Shown one piece after another: positions 19,203 to 28,709 of a stretch of 64,000 bases of DNA. The notes under the pieces are model-generated. The model saw only the letters and a program-made list of their open reading frames with translations. It ran no database searches and had not been told where the DNA came from. Made by a program: the position numbers and the translations under genes. Numbering within the stretch: position 1 is the stretch's first letter; the number at the start of each line of letters is the position of its first letter. The stretch comes from Minisyncoccia bacterium. GTDB taxonomy: Bacteria > Patescibacteriota > Minisyncoccia > Phycocordibacterales > GWA1-40-21. The stretch spans positions 71,665 through 135,664 of the forward strand of contig JBAVTE010000012.1 of the NCBI GenBank assembly GCA_049695975.1, given 5' to 3'.

Positions 19203-20879
19203 TTATATTGACTGTAAATATTCTGAAAATGTAGGAATTGTAATGGGGCAATTCTCAGTGGAATAATGTGGATATCTGTTTGCTATGTCATAGGCCTGTA
19301 CATAGATAGATTCAGCCAGACTTACATCCGATGCCTGCCCCTCTGTATGGAAGGGTGGTGCCCCAAGGTCATTTATTTGCGTGCTAGCACTTAGTGTATT
19401 AAGTCTCGAGTCTATTTCTTTAACATTTGTATTACTATCTATAATATTTTTATTTAGTTCCTTAAAAATATCCGTTGTGGTTATAAGGTCTAAAACATTT
19501 GTTTGTATATCTTTAGCCCTTTGGGTGTTGGTGGTAGCGTCGCTACTATCTTGATAATTACAACTCATTGCTTCTGTGAAGGTGCTTCTTATGGATTTAC
19601 TTCCAATATTTAAATAATTTAATATATTATTTTGTATATATTGATAGTCAGTTTCTATATTTCTTTGATTTTTGAGTGCGGTTCTAGTACCTGATAGCGG
19701 ATCGGACGGGTTGGGGTTATTTGGGTTGTTGTTTGTTGAATTTCCCCCGTTTGATGAGTTATTGTAAGAATTTTGAACCGCTTGCTGAGCTTGTAGGTCT
19801 TTGATGGTTTGTTCGTTATCATAGTATTGTTGATCCTTGTTATTACCAGTAAGAGAACTCATCGTTGATTTTAATTGTTCTGTTGCTAATTCCGTTAATA
19901 AATCTACAGATGCAGCGGCTATAATATCGAGCCCATCTCCTATCGCTATTTGCATTTCGGTCATTCTTTGTCCAGAGGTACTTCCGAAAAATAATCTGGA
20001 GGCAATCAAACTCCCTGGACTTTTAACTTTACAAACCGTTTCTACACTTGTGCCTTCTATTGTGTCAGTATTATTATCGCTACCACTTTCTTCATCCATC
20101 GTGTTTTTGGTTGTAACAGGTGGTTTATAGAATGGACTTCCTACATAAGGCTGACCTTGACTTACAAATTGTTTTTGTGTATTGCCAGTTACTGGGTCTA
20201 TGGAAATGTTGTAGGTTGTATCTGTGCATTCTCGTAAAGTTAAGGAACCGCTACCTAGTGACTGTTCTTTGTCAACTTGTCCTTGTTTGTCTTGTCCTAT
20301 TAAGCTGAGTTGACTATCAAACACTAGGAATGCTCCTTCAGGAGTGGCATTTGGGTCGGTGACCATAGTGAGGAAAGAATTCCAACCACCACCACCTATG
20401 AAATCTCCATTTGCAAAATTGGTGTAGGCATCTTTTCCATTTTGTAACGCTCCAGATAGGGTACAGTCTACTGTTTGATAAAATTTTCTGTGTTGCAATG
20501 CCAGAGAAAGTTTTAGTTGTAGTTGAAATGGTTTACACAAAAAACTGAAAGCCGGATTATTATAAAGAAAGTCACCTATAGCAACATCTGCGACATTTGT
20601 AGCGAATCTCTCTGGATCATTAAGAAAAGAAGGATTTCCTTGGAACCCACTTGAAATCCAATCCGCAATACTTTGGCTCATAAAAATAATCGTTCTTTTT
20701 GCGGCGGCTTTAGCAAAAAATACCAAATCAGATTTTGTTTTTTCCCAAACACTAGCTACTACAGTTACTGGAACGGCCTCTGCTTTTTGGGGTAATAACA
20801 AAAAAGAAAAATTCAAAACTATCATTACCGTTATCAGAATTCCGGATAGCACTTTTTTATTTAAATTGTTTTTTAGCAT
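19203..20879 (-). CDS. secreted hypothetical protein with N/Q/T/P-rich low-complexity region (558 aa)
   Basis: Signal peptide, and a PNNPNP-type linker similar to the one in ORF 24145-27174. Confidence 0.4.
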   Translation of the reverse strand: MLKNNLNKKVLSGILITVMIVLNFSFLLLPQKAEAVPVTVVASVWEKTKSDLVFFAKAAAKRTIIFMSQSIADWISSGFQGNPSFLNDPERFATNVADVAIGDFLYNNPAFSFLCKPFQLQLKLSLALQHRKFYQTVDCTLSGALQNGKDAYTNFANGDFIGGGGWNSFLTMVTDPNATPEGAFLVFDSQLSLIGQDKQGQVDKEQSLGSGSLTLRECTDTTYNISIDPVTGNTQKQFVSQGQPYVGSPFYKPPVTTKNTMDEESGSDNNTDTIEGTSVETVCKVKSPGSLIASRLFFGSTSGQRMTEMQIAIGDGLDIIAAASVDLLTELATEQLKSTMSSLTGNNKDQQYYDNEQTIKDLQAQQAVQNSYNNSSNGGNSTNNNPNNPNPSDPLSGTRTALKNQRNIETDYQYIQNNILNYLNIGSKSIRSTFTEAMSCNYQDSSDATTNTQRAKDIQTNVLDLITTTDIFKELNKNIIDSNTNVKEIDSRLNTLSASTQINDLGAPPFHTEGQASDVSLAESIYVQAYDIANRYPHYSTENCPITIPTFSEYLQSI

Positions 20880-20911
20880 TTTGTCTTTTTGATTATATCA
20901 AATATTTAATC

Positions 20912-21895
20912 TTAGCTACTTTTATTCGATATGTATAAATTGATATTACTGATTGATCTACTAAAATCTTGTATAACTTTATCGTATTTTTTTGCGGTAG
21001 TTAGGGATATTATAGGATTCGTATCTACTGCTTTTAGATCTTTTGCAAGTAATGACAAACTATATATAGAATTTGCAAGGAGCAAATGACTATCTGCTAT
21101 TTCTGCTGGAGTTTCTGTATTGATTATTTCTTCCGATGTTTTTTGATATAAGGTAATAATTTTGTCTATGCCTGAGAGAATTGCCGGGTCTTCTTTTGTC
21201 AAAAAAGTATTAGCAATTGAAATTTCCTTAAATACATTATTTTTTATTTCATTGCTATTTATAATTTTATTGATTTTTATTGAATAGTTTGAGATATCTT
21301 TTGCTGTCGGATTGTCAATTATTTTTAAATCCGTACTTGTATATTTTTGCTCAAGTGGCTTGTCTGGAATATTTGCAACAGAATTTGCTACGAGTTCATT
21401 TATTTGGTCAGTTGTTAGTTTTGAGCCATCAGCTGGCTGTACGGCAATATAATCTGAAAAAAGTGATCTTGAAAATCTTTGAGTTTCGTTTAAACTATTC
21501 CATTCTTCCTCATCTTTTGTATTGTTGGCTACGATGGTCGGGTCAATTTTATCATTTGGTTCTTTGTTTTTTCCTGCAGTATTTGGAACGAGCGGATTTC
21601 TGCCTTGAGTGATTTCATCCCCATCGAGCGTTCCATCACCATCTGTATCAGGATTCCTCGGATCAGTTTTCCAGAGTGTTTCTTCCCAATCTACTAAATT
21701 GTCCTTGTCCGTATCAATTGTTTTGATATCTTTTATATTTTGAATAACAATTTGATTATTATTTAAAAATATAGATGTTTCTTTTTCATTAGTTCCTATA
21801 AATTTTATAACAAAAATAATAATGACGAGTGCAATCGCTGTAGACAAAGAAATAACAAATTTTCTAGAAGGGAGATATGTTTTATCAACTCTCAT
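20912..21895 (-). CDS. membrane-anchored protein with Asp-rich calcium-binding (thrombospondin-type-3/dockerin-like) repeat
   Basis: N-terminal TM helix and a DTDGDGTLDGDEITQGRNP motif. First gene of the minus-strand cluster. Confidence 0.4.
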   Translation of the reverse strand: MRVDKTYLPSRKFVISLSTAIALVIIIFVIKFIGTNEKETSIFLNNNQIVIQNIKDIKTIDTDKDNLVDWEETLWKTDPRNPDTDGDGTLDGDEITQGRNPLVPNTAGKNKEPNDKIDPTIVANNTKDEEEWNSLNETQRFSRSLFSDYIAVQPADGSKLTTDQINELVANSVANIPDKPLEQKYTSTDLKIIDNPTAKDISNYSIKINKIINSNEIKNNVFKEISIANTFLTKEDPAILSGIDKIITLYQKTSEEIINTETPAEIADSHLLLANSIYSLSLLAKDLKAVDTNPIISLTTAKKYDKVIQDFSRSISNINLYISNKSS

Positions 21896-21988
21896 CTTTT
21901 AATTATATCAATAACACTACTATCTTGCAATTTTTTCTATGATATCTGATATAATATAGAAATAGTAATAAATTTATTAATTTTTTTA

Positions 21989-23971
21989 ATGTTTGATCAT
22001 ATGAAAAAATATTTTTTGGCCCTCGCTATCATCTTTTCTTTAATCTATAGTGTACCTTTTTTTGCAAAAGCTGTTGAAAAAGAGCTGAGTAATTTGGAGG
22101 TTGCAAACTATATTAAAGCTTTGATTGCTGTAGGTGCAATAACAGAAGATAAAGTTGGTGCAGCAAATATAATCCTTAAACAATTAACTGATACCACAGG
22201 AGGTAGTGGTGGTGCTACATCTATTACCCTTCTCTCTCCGAATAGCGGGGGAAAATTAATGAGAGGGCAGGTTCAAAAAATAAAATGGCAGGATAATCGC
22301 AGATTTATAACTACCAATTACTATGATATTTATTTGGACGAGCTTTGTCTTTATGAAAGTGGCTCTTGTGAGTCAAAAATGATAGCTTCAAAAGTGACGG
22401 CAGGTTTATATGATTGGGCTGTGGATGAATATGATGGTCTATATAAAATAAAAATTTGCGACCACTCTTCTGATACTAATAAACAGTGTAGTCCAAGTAG
22501 CAATTTCTTCTATATTTCTTCCCCTACACCATCTTCTCATTCTGCGAGTGCATTTGTCTCTTGTGTTGCCAATCCTTCAAGAGTTCCTATTGGAGGTTCC
22601 GTTAGCTGGTCTGCTGTAATTGACGGAGGTGCGGGTGGATATAGCTATACATGGTCAGACAATGAAGGATCATCAAATATTGTATCTGGTACTGCAGGAC
22701 AAACGGTTACGAAAGTTTACAATACGGCCGGTATAAAGACTGCTACTTTGACGGTCAATGATTCTGCGGGCAATAATGCCTCTGTTAAATGTAATACCAG
22801 TGTTTACGATCCGATACAATCTCAGGAAAATTTTGCTCCTCTTCAGGTTTCGTGTTTTTCTGATGTGACCACTGTCTACCTTGGTCCAAAACATCTCCCG
22901 CTTGCAAAAGGCGGAAATATATTTTTTACAGCCAAGACTTCTGGGGGAAATGGAGGGTATAATTATTATTGGTCTGATACAGATGGGGATGAAGGATCTG
23001 CTGGTTTTAATTTATTAAAGGTATACACAACTCCAGGAAAGAAAACCATGGTAGTAAAAGTCACTTCTGGCACAGAAACAGTGACAAAAAGTTGTAATTT
23101 TAATGTTGTAGATATACCACCTCCACCACTTATTGTTTCCTGTTCTGGAACTATTTCACCATCTTCTAATAAAACAGTCATATGGGGAGCGAACGCCTCG
23201 GGAGGGAGCAAAACATCAGAAGGTAGAGATAATTATGGCTATCTTTGGTGGTTACCAAATGCAGAAAATGCTGAGATAACGACAGATAAGTTTATTTCTA
23301 AAACTTATACAACTACCGGCAATGTAAATGCAACATTAAAAGTTTATTCAGGTGATCAGGTTGGCAACGCTAGCTGTTCTGTAGATATGGATTCGGTGTC
23401 GACACCATTGTCAGCCACTTGCTCAGCAAGTCCTAGCACCATAAACCTAGGGCAGTCCATTACTTGGACAGCGCATCCTGTGGGAGGTGCTGGAGAATAT
23501 TCATATTCTTGGGGAGATAGTGAAGGGTCCATTGGATTAGCTGGACAGTCTGTTTCTAGAACCTACAATTCAGTTGGAGAAAAAGGAGCAGTAGTTCTAA
23601 TGGCATCAACAAAGGGACCTGTAGGAGGAAATTTAGCAATAGCGACTTGTTCTGCTCTTGTAAAGGATGTAGATATTCCAGATCCAAATGCTACTTCTCC
23701 ATTATCCGCAACTTGTTCGCTTGTTGAAAATGAAGTAAGAAAGACATCGGATATTAGGAATAGTCCAAGATATTTAAATTTGGTGGCATACCCTAAAGGT
23801 GGTACGGGAAATTATACTTATAAGTGGATAGAGGAAGGACATGGTGAGATAGGAAACACTAGTAAATCTGTTCCAATTGAAAAACCTGCTTCTGGCGTTA
23901 GAGATTTCATTTTAGAGGTTAACGACGGAACTCAGTCGACTGAAGCTACCTGTTCTACTCCAGTCGAATAA
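21989..23971 (+). CDS. secreted protein with ~6 PKD/Ig-like repeats
   Basis: Signal peptide, then ~90-aa repeats of the pattern SC.A.PS…W…GG.G.Y.Y.W.D.EG…G…VY.T.G.K…V.D..G…A.C. Confidence 0.5.
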   Translation: MFDHMKKYFLALAIIFSLIYSVPFFAKAVEKELSNLEVANYIKALIAVGAITEDKVGAANIILKQLTDTTGGSGGATSITLLSPNSGGKLMRGQVQKIKWQDNRRFITTNYYDIYLDELCLYESGSCESKMIASKVTAGLYDWAVDEYDGLYKIKICDHSSDTNKQCSPSSNFFYISSPTPSSHSASAFVSCVANPSRVPIGGSVSWSAVIDGGAGGYSYTWSDNEGSSNIVSGTAGQTVTKVYNTAGIKTATLTVNDSAGNNASVKCNTSVYDPIQSQENFAPLQVSCFSDVTTVYLGPKHLPLAKGGNIFFTAKTSGGNGGYNYYWSDTDGDEGSAGFNLLKVYTTPGKKTMVVKVTSGTETVTKSCNFNVVDIPPPPLIVSCSGTISPSSNKTVIWGANASGGSKTSEGRDNYGYLWWLPNAENAEITTDKFISKTYTTTGNVNATLKVYSGDQVGNASCSVDMDSVSTPLSATCSASPSTINLGQSITWTAHPVGGAGEYSYSWGDSEGSIGLAGQSVSRTYNSVGEKGAVVLMASTKGPVGGNLAIATCSALVKDVDIPDPNATSPLSATCSLVENEVRKTSDIRNSPRYLNLVAYPKGGTGNYTYKWIEEGHGEIGNTSKSVPIEKPASGVRDFILEVNDGTQSTEATCSTPVE

Positions 23972-24144
23972 AAGGTATTTACCACAGAGTAGGTCTAGCC
24001 TCGTGGGGTATTAAACCCTTTGTTTTGCCCTCGCTCGGATAAAATGTAAAATTGAATTTTCCTTTTGCTATTTGTTTTGTGGAAACAAATAAAATTAAAT
24101 TATGATATAATAATTTTAATTTATTATTAATTTAATTTAATTTT

Positions 24145-27100
24145 ATGTCAGTTTTAAGAAAGACAATATTTTCTATTTTAGTTTGTGTGATGTTTCTAGG
24201 CGCGTTTTCTTTATTTGTAAAAGCTGAGTCAGACCAAGAGTTAATAAATTTTTTAGAAACTCTTATTACTATTGGAGTTATCCCTTCTGAAAAAGCAGAT
24301 CTTGCAAGGACTATTCTTGCAAATGCTCTTTCAAATACAAGAATAAATAGAGACTTGAAAAAAGGTTCAACAGGTGAAGATGTCAAACTTTTACAAAAAG
24401 TTTTAAACACCAATTCTGCTACTGTAGTGGCTTTGTCTGGTCCAGGTTCCGCTGGAAATGAGACTACTACATTTGGTCCGGCGACAGAAGCTGCTGTCAT
24501 CAAATTTCAAAATTTCTACCATTTTTCACCTACGGGAATTGTAGATGCTGTGACTAGAGCCAAACTGAACGCTCTTTTGAGTGTCATTACCAATACAAAT
24601 GTGCCAGAGGCAGACAGACCAAGTGTAGATTTGAAAGTAAATGGTGAAGACGACAAAGTGCAGATTGGTTATGGTGGTACCGCCACGCTTATGTGGACAT
24701 CTAAAAATGTCACTTCTTGTGTGTCTGGTGCAAACAAAGCCAAACCTACTTTTGGTACCGAATCAATAATGGGGGTAGTTTCTCCTAGTCAGTTTGTGAT
24801 GACTTGCGTGGGTCCCAAAGGTGTAGTTTCAGACAGCGTCACTATGACTATTCTAAACAATAATCAAACAATAAATTCTATAGATTTCGTTGTGTTGGGT
24901 ACAAAAAGTTCAAACACTTCAGACAGTCCGAGTACCCCAAACAATCCAAACAATCCAAACAATCCAAATAAACCAAACGATCCAAGCAAGCCAAATAATC
25001 CAAGCGATCCAAGCAAGCCGGGCGATCCGGGCGATCCAGCTGGTCCGGGTTATTCCATAGGAAGCTTATATGTATATGTAAATGGTGTGAAAAATTATTC
25101 AACGACGACTTCTTCTAGTATTACACATCACATAGTCAGTTGGACTTCTACTGGATATACTAGTTGTAAGGGTAATACTGATCCTGTAATTAACAACCGT
25201 GCCGATGTGTTTGTATCAAATCCTATAACAGGTAGTACCACACTTGATATAGATCCAAATATAACTGGTAAATTAACCATTGTTATGGCCTGTGCCACAG
25301 GAACAGAGGCTGTTAATACTTTAAATAAGACTCCATTGAGTAGTTTAAAAACGTCTGCAAATCTTATTTTAGCTTCTTCTACTTTAACTATTTTGCCACC
25401 TCCCACTGCCTCAAAAACTTTATCTATTCTTGTTAATGGTGTAAAAGATTATTCAACGACAACTTCTTCTACTGTTGACACTTCGCATGTAGTTAGCTGG
25501 GCGTCTACTGGGTTTACCGATTGTAAAGTTACTTCAGATCCTATAATAAACGATCCCGCTGAAATATCAGCTCCTTCGACAAGTAGTACCACGCTTACTA
25601 TAAAACCAAATGTAACTGGAAAATTGAACCTTATTATTGCCTGTGCCACAGGTACTACAGCGGTAAATATTTTAAATCAAAATCCAGCGATTAGTATAAA
25701 GTCATCTGCCAATCTTATGATAGCCAATGCTTCATTAACTCTTACTACCCCACCTATCAAAGGACCCACAGATGTATCAAAAATAATCGGATACGGTCCA
25801 GTAAATAACTGGGAGAAAATTAGCGCTACAAGCCTCGCTAGTCAGCTTGCTATGGCAGGTCTTACTACTACACAAGTGGAATTGAATATTGACCCTTATG
25901 ATAGCAAAAGAACAGCCACTATTTTATTGCCGAAATTGAAAGCATTTATTACTGCGATGAGAGCCCAGAAAATTACAACTTTTGTAAATTTGGTAAATGG
26001 AAAATTGCACGACGAAACAGGAAATGACTACATATGCAGGTCATTATTTACTGATCAATTATTCACAGATACTGTGAACTACATTACCCAAAATATTGGT
26101 ACTGACTTGGTTATTCTTCAGCCCGTAAGCGAATGGGTTAGTGAATGTCATGACAAGAGAGATAGATTTATAAATATATTTAAAGGTTTATGGAAAGGAC
26201 TGAAGTCGTATTATGTTGGATCGCATTCAGCACCACCAAGTTCTGATTGGTTCAAAGAATATCATCCAAGTAGCTTTACTGATTATGGTAATAGCGGAGA
26301 ATTGGTAAGTACTGATAGTGGTGCAGTTTTGAATGCTATTGGCCAAGGAGGAGATGGTCTTGCATTTGCCGACACAAAAAAACTCCAAGCGTATGCGTGT
26401 CATGTATTACTCGGAGGCACCAGAGGATTCATTTATTATGGTTATGGACACACGGCGATTGACAGTGGTGCTATTACAGCCCTAGGACAACTTTTAAGAG
26501 AAAAACCTACTAGCTGTGCAGCTTATGATGCAGCTTTGCTTGAATGTCAGGGTCAAGAAATATCAGTTGATTTTGCTGGAATTGTGGAAGCTATGGGGCA
26601 GTGTAATGGACGATGGCAACTTGTTATTAAACCTTATACTAATAGTAGTGGTGTGACAGAGCCTGTAGTGACAGATGTTCCCACACGTATAAATCCAAAT
26701 GGTTGTCAGGAACCTGGAGGCAACTCGGCTGGTATGACTTGGGGAGCTGGAGATAAAACAAGAAAGCTGGTTGTATTTACAAAAGGAGGAAGTCCTCAAG
26801 CTGCTGTCGGGGACTGTGTTCTTGGGACATCAAATGGAAATACTGATGCTATTTGTGATGAAACGGATCCTGCTTTGATATGTGATGGTATTTCGGATGG
26901 AAAAGTTAGAAGCGCAGTAGAAGGTTCAGATGTATTTGTGGCAGGTGGTGTTATACAAGATATGGGGGCCAGTGCATGTAGTGGTGCTACTTCCCCTGCT
27001 GAGGATGGTTCAACTGCTGATGAAGGGGGTGGCGGAAGTGTTTTCGGTATGCAAACTGTTCAATGGACTAGTGCCGGGATTGCTGCTGGTTGTACGGCTG

Positions 27101-27174
27101 GCCCCGTAGGATGTTCCACCGGGCATGTTGTTGGAAGTGCTATCGGCTTAGGCAGTGATCTTGGTTGGTGGTAA
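24145..27174 (+). CDS. very large secreted protein: peptidoglycan-binding domain, Pro/Asn-rich linker, two Ig-like repeats, C-terminal ~460-aa Cys-rich domain
   Basis: Signal peptide, a PG_binding_1-like region (GSTGEDVKLLQKVLN…FGPATEAAVIKFQ), a PNNPNNPNNPNKPNDPSKP linker and duplicated ~110-aa modules. The C-terminal domain is of unknown function. Confidence 0.5.
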   Translation: MSVLRKTIFSILVCVMFLGAFSLFVKAESDQELINFLETLITIGVIPSEKADLARTILANALSNTRINRDLKKGSTGEDVKLLQKVLNTNSATVVALSGPGSAGNETTTFGPATEAAVIKFQNFYHFSPTGIVDAVTRAKLNALLSVITNTNVPEADRPSVDLKVNGEDDKVQIGYGGTATLMWTSKNVTSCVSGANKAKPTFGTESIMGVVSPSQFVMTCVGPKGVVSDSVTMTILNNNQTINSIDFVVLGTKSSNTSDSPSTPNNPNNPNNPNKPNDPSKPNNPSDPSKPGDPGDPAGPGYSIGSLYVYVNGVKNYSTTTSSSITHHIVSWTSTGYTSCKGNTDPVINNRADVFVSNPITGSTTLDIDPNITGKLTIVMACATGTEAVNTLNKTPLSSLKTSANLILASSTLTILPPPTASKTLSILVNGVKDYSTTTSSTVDTSHVVSWASTGFTDCKVTSDPIINDPAEISAPSTSSTTLTIKPNVTGKLNLIIACATGTTAVNILNQNPAISIKSSANLMIANASLTLTTPPIKGPTDVSKIIGYGPVNNWEKISATSLASQLAMAGLTTTQVELNIDPYDSKRTATILLPKLKAFITAMRAQKITTFVNLVNGKLHDETGNDYICRSLFTDQLFTDTVNYITQNIGTDLVILQPVSEWVSECHDKRDRFINIFKGLWKGLKSYYVGSHSAPPSSDWFKEYHPSSFTDYGNSGELVSTDSGAVLNAIGQGGDGLAFADTKKLQAYACHVLLGGTRGFIYYGYGHTAIDSGAITALGQLLREKPTSCAAYDAALLECQGQEISVDFAGIVEAMGQCNGRWQLVIKPYTNSSGVTEPVVTDVPTRINPNGCQEPGGNSAGMTWGAGDKTRKLVVFTKGGSPQAAVGDCVLGTSNGNTDAICDETDPALICDGISDGKVRSAVEGSDVFVAGGVIQDMGASACSGATSPAEDGSTADEGGGGSVFGMQTVQWTSAGIAAGCTAGPVGCSTGHVVGSAIGLGSDLGWW
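24940..25050 (+). repeat. in-frame tandem 9-15 nt repeats (AATCCAAAC units) encoding the PNNPN linker
   Basis: Direct reading of ccaaacaatccaaacaatccaaacaatccaaataaacca…. Confidence 0.8.
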
Positions 27175-27188
27175 AGGTACTTTAAAAC

Positions 27189-27215
27189 CCATGTCAAGGA
27201 CGGTCCTTGACATGG
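27189..27215. repeat. REP-like palindrome copy 1 (CCATGTCAAGGAC G GTCCTTGACATGG)
   Basis: Two perfect 13-nt arms around a single central G, lying 26 nt upstream of the Y1-transposase ORF. Confidence 0.85.
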
Positions 27216-27240
27216 TAGGACCAAATAGTATTATGAATAT

Positions 27241-27933
27241 ATGCAAAGAAATATAGTACTTTCAGTTGGTGAATATTATCATATATACAGTCGTGGAGTT
27301 GAAAAAAGAAAAATTTTTCTTAATGAAAGAGATTATGAAAGATTTACAATTTTAATTTACTTATGCAACTCTGAAAAAGTGGTACACGTAAGCGATCATA
27401 AAGAAAAAAAATTAATAGAGTTTTTTGGTTTAGAGAAGGGTAAGAATCTTGTTGATATTGGTGCGTATTGTCTTATGCCCAATCATTTTCATTTATTGCT
27501 TAAAGAAAAAATTGAGGGGGGTATTACCCTTTTTATGAAAAAGCTTCTTACTGGGTATTCAATGTATTTTAATAAAAAATATAATAGAACAGGGCCTCTT
27601 TTTGAGGGGAGATTTAAAGCAAAACATTTGAATTATGATCAATATCTTAAATACCAGTTTACATATATTCATCTTAATCCTATAGGAATTATTGATAATG
27701 GTTGGAAAAACAAAGAAATCAGTAATGTTGAAAGAGGATTGAAATTTCTACAAGATTATAAATATTCAAGTTTTTTGGATTATTCTAGGGGAGAAAGGAT
27801 AACTGGTAAAATATTAAATAAGGGTTCCTTTCCAGAATATTTTCAAAATAAAATTGAGTTTTCTGATATGGTAAAAGAATGGATGAACTTTGAAAAAGAC
27901 GATGTCAAGGACGGTCCTTGCGAAGTTGTGTGA
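27241..27933 (+). CDS. IS200/IS605-like Y1 (HUH) transposase, REP-associated tyrosine transposase (RAYT)-like
   Basis: HxH motif NHFHLLL, conserved Tyr-containing C-terminal half and a Transposase_17-like N-terminus (YHIYSRG). Flanked on both sides by the same palindrome. Confidence 0.7.
   Translation: MQRNIVLSVGEYYHIYSRGVEKRKIFLNERDYERFTILIYLCNSEKVVHVSDHKEKKLIEFFGLEKGKNLVDIGAYCLMPNHFHLLLKEKIEGGITLFMKKLLTGYSMYFNKKYNRTGPLFEGRFKAKHLNYDQYLKYQFTYIHLNPIGIIDNGWKNKEISNVERGLKFLQDYKYSSFLDYSRGERITGKILNKGSFPEYFQNKIEFSDMVKEWMNFEKDDVKDGPCEVV
27902..27920. repeat. REP-like palindrome copy 2 (19-nt core ATGTCAAGGACGGTCCTTG)
   Basis: Identical 19-mer. It lies in the convergent overlap of the transposase 3' end and the rsmA 3' end, and encodes …LRKDRP* of RsmA. 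Confidence 0.85.
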
Positions 27934-28708
27934 CTAGCCCCATCCATTTTTCTAGAGATAGGTCTTCAGCCCTAATTTTTTCTGATATTTTGCAATCAAT
28001 AAAAATCTGTTGCAGATTTTTATTTGGGAATTCTTTTTTTAGATTTCCCAAAAGCATTTTTCTTTTGCTGGAGAAACCTAGTTTTATGATTTCAAAAAAT
28101 TGTTCTTCCTCGATACTATTTTCAGTAAATAATTTTTTTGAAATATTTGAAATTTGTAAAACGGCAGAATCAACATTTGGTGAAGGTTGAAAACTTCCCC
28201 TACTCACTTTCATTATTATTTCTGGACTCCCATAGACCTTTACGCTGATAGAAAGTATGCTTTCCTTTCCATCATTTGCTACTATTCTATCAGCAATTTC
28301 TTTTTGGACCATCACAATAATTTCTGAAGGCTGGTAATCCGTTTCCAAAAACTTTCTTAAAAATTGTCCTGTTATGTAGTATGGTATGTTTGCGATGATT
28401 TTGTATTTACCAATGTCAAGGACGGTCCTTGGGGTAGATAAAATATCCCCTTCTATTAGTTCAAATTTTTTATTTTTTATTTCTTTTGAAAACTTTTCTT
28501 TTAAAATCTCTATTAAACGGTGGTCTTTTTCCACAGCAATTACCTTGCATCCTTTTTCCAGGAGTTTTTCTGTGAGGGCACCTTCCCCAGGTCCGACTTC
28601 TAGGACAATATCACTTGCAGAGATATCTCCTGTATCAGCAATTTTTTGCAAAACTCCATCGTTTTTCAAAAAATTTTGTCCCAATGATTTTTTTGCTTGT
28701 ATAGTCAT
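27905..28708 (-). CDS. rsmA: 16S rRNA (adenine1518/1519-N6)-dimethyltransferase RsmA/KsgA
   Basis: SAM-binding motif VLEVGPGEGALT and the NIPYYIT motif, at the length typical of KsgA. It contains an in-frame copy of the REP-like 19-mer at 28413-28431, encoding PRTVLDIG. Confidence 0.85.
   Translation of the reverse strand: MTIQAKKSLGQNFLKNDGVLQKIADTGDISASDIVLEVGPGEGALTEKLLEKGCKVIAVEKDHRLIEILKEKFSKEIKNKKFELIEGDILSTPRTVLDIGKYKIIANIPYYITGQFLRKFLETDYQPSEIIVMVQKEIADRIVANDGKESILSISVKVYGSPEIIMKVSRGSFQPSPNVDSAVLQISNISKKLFTENSIEEEQFFEIIKLGFSSKRKMLLGNLKKEFPNKNLQQIFIDCKISEKIRAEDLSLEKWMGLVTQLRKDRP
28413..28431. repeat. REP-like palindrome copy 3, embedded in-frame within the rsmA coding sequence
   Basis: The 19-nt ATGTCAAGGACGGTCCTTG is identical to copies 1 and 2. 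On the minus strand it translates as P-R-T-V-L-D-I-G in the variable region between the GD.L and N(L/I)PY motifs of KsgA. Confidence 0.85.
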
Positions 28709-28709
28709 A

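Noticed and set aside
24940-25050. Short tandem direct repeats, briefly considered as a CRISPR-like array or VNTR locus
   Set aside because: The units are 9-15 nt with no spacers, entirely inside an ORF, and they encode a Pro/Asn-rich linker. There are no CRISPR-like repeat-spacer arrays anywhere in the window.
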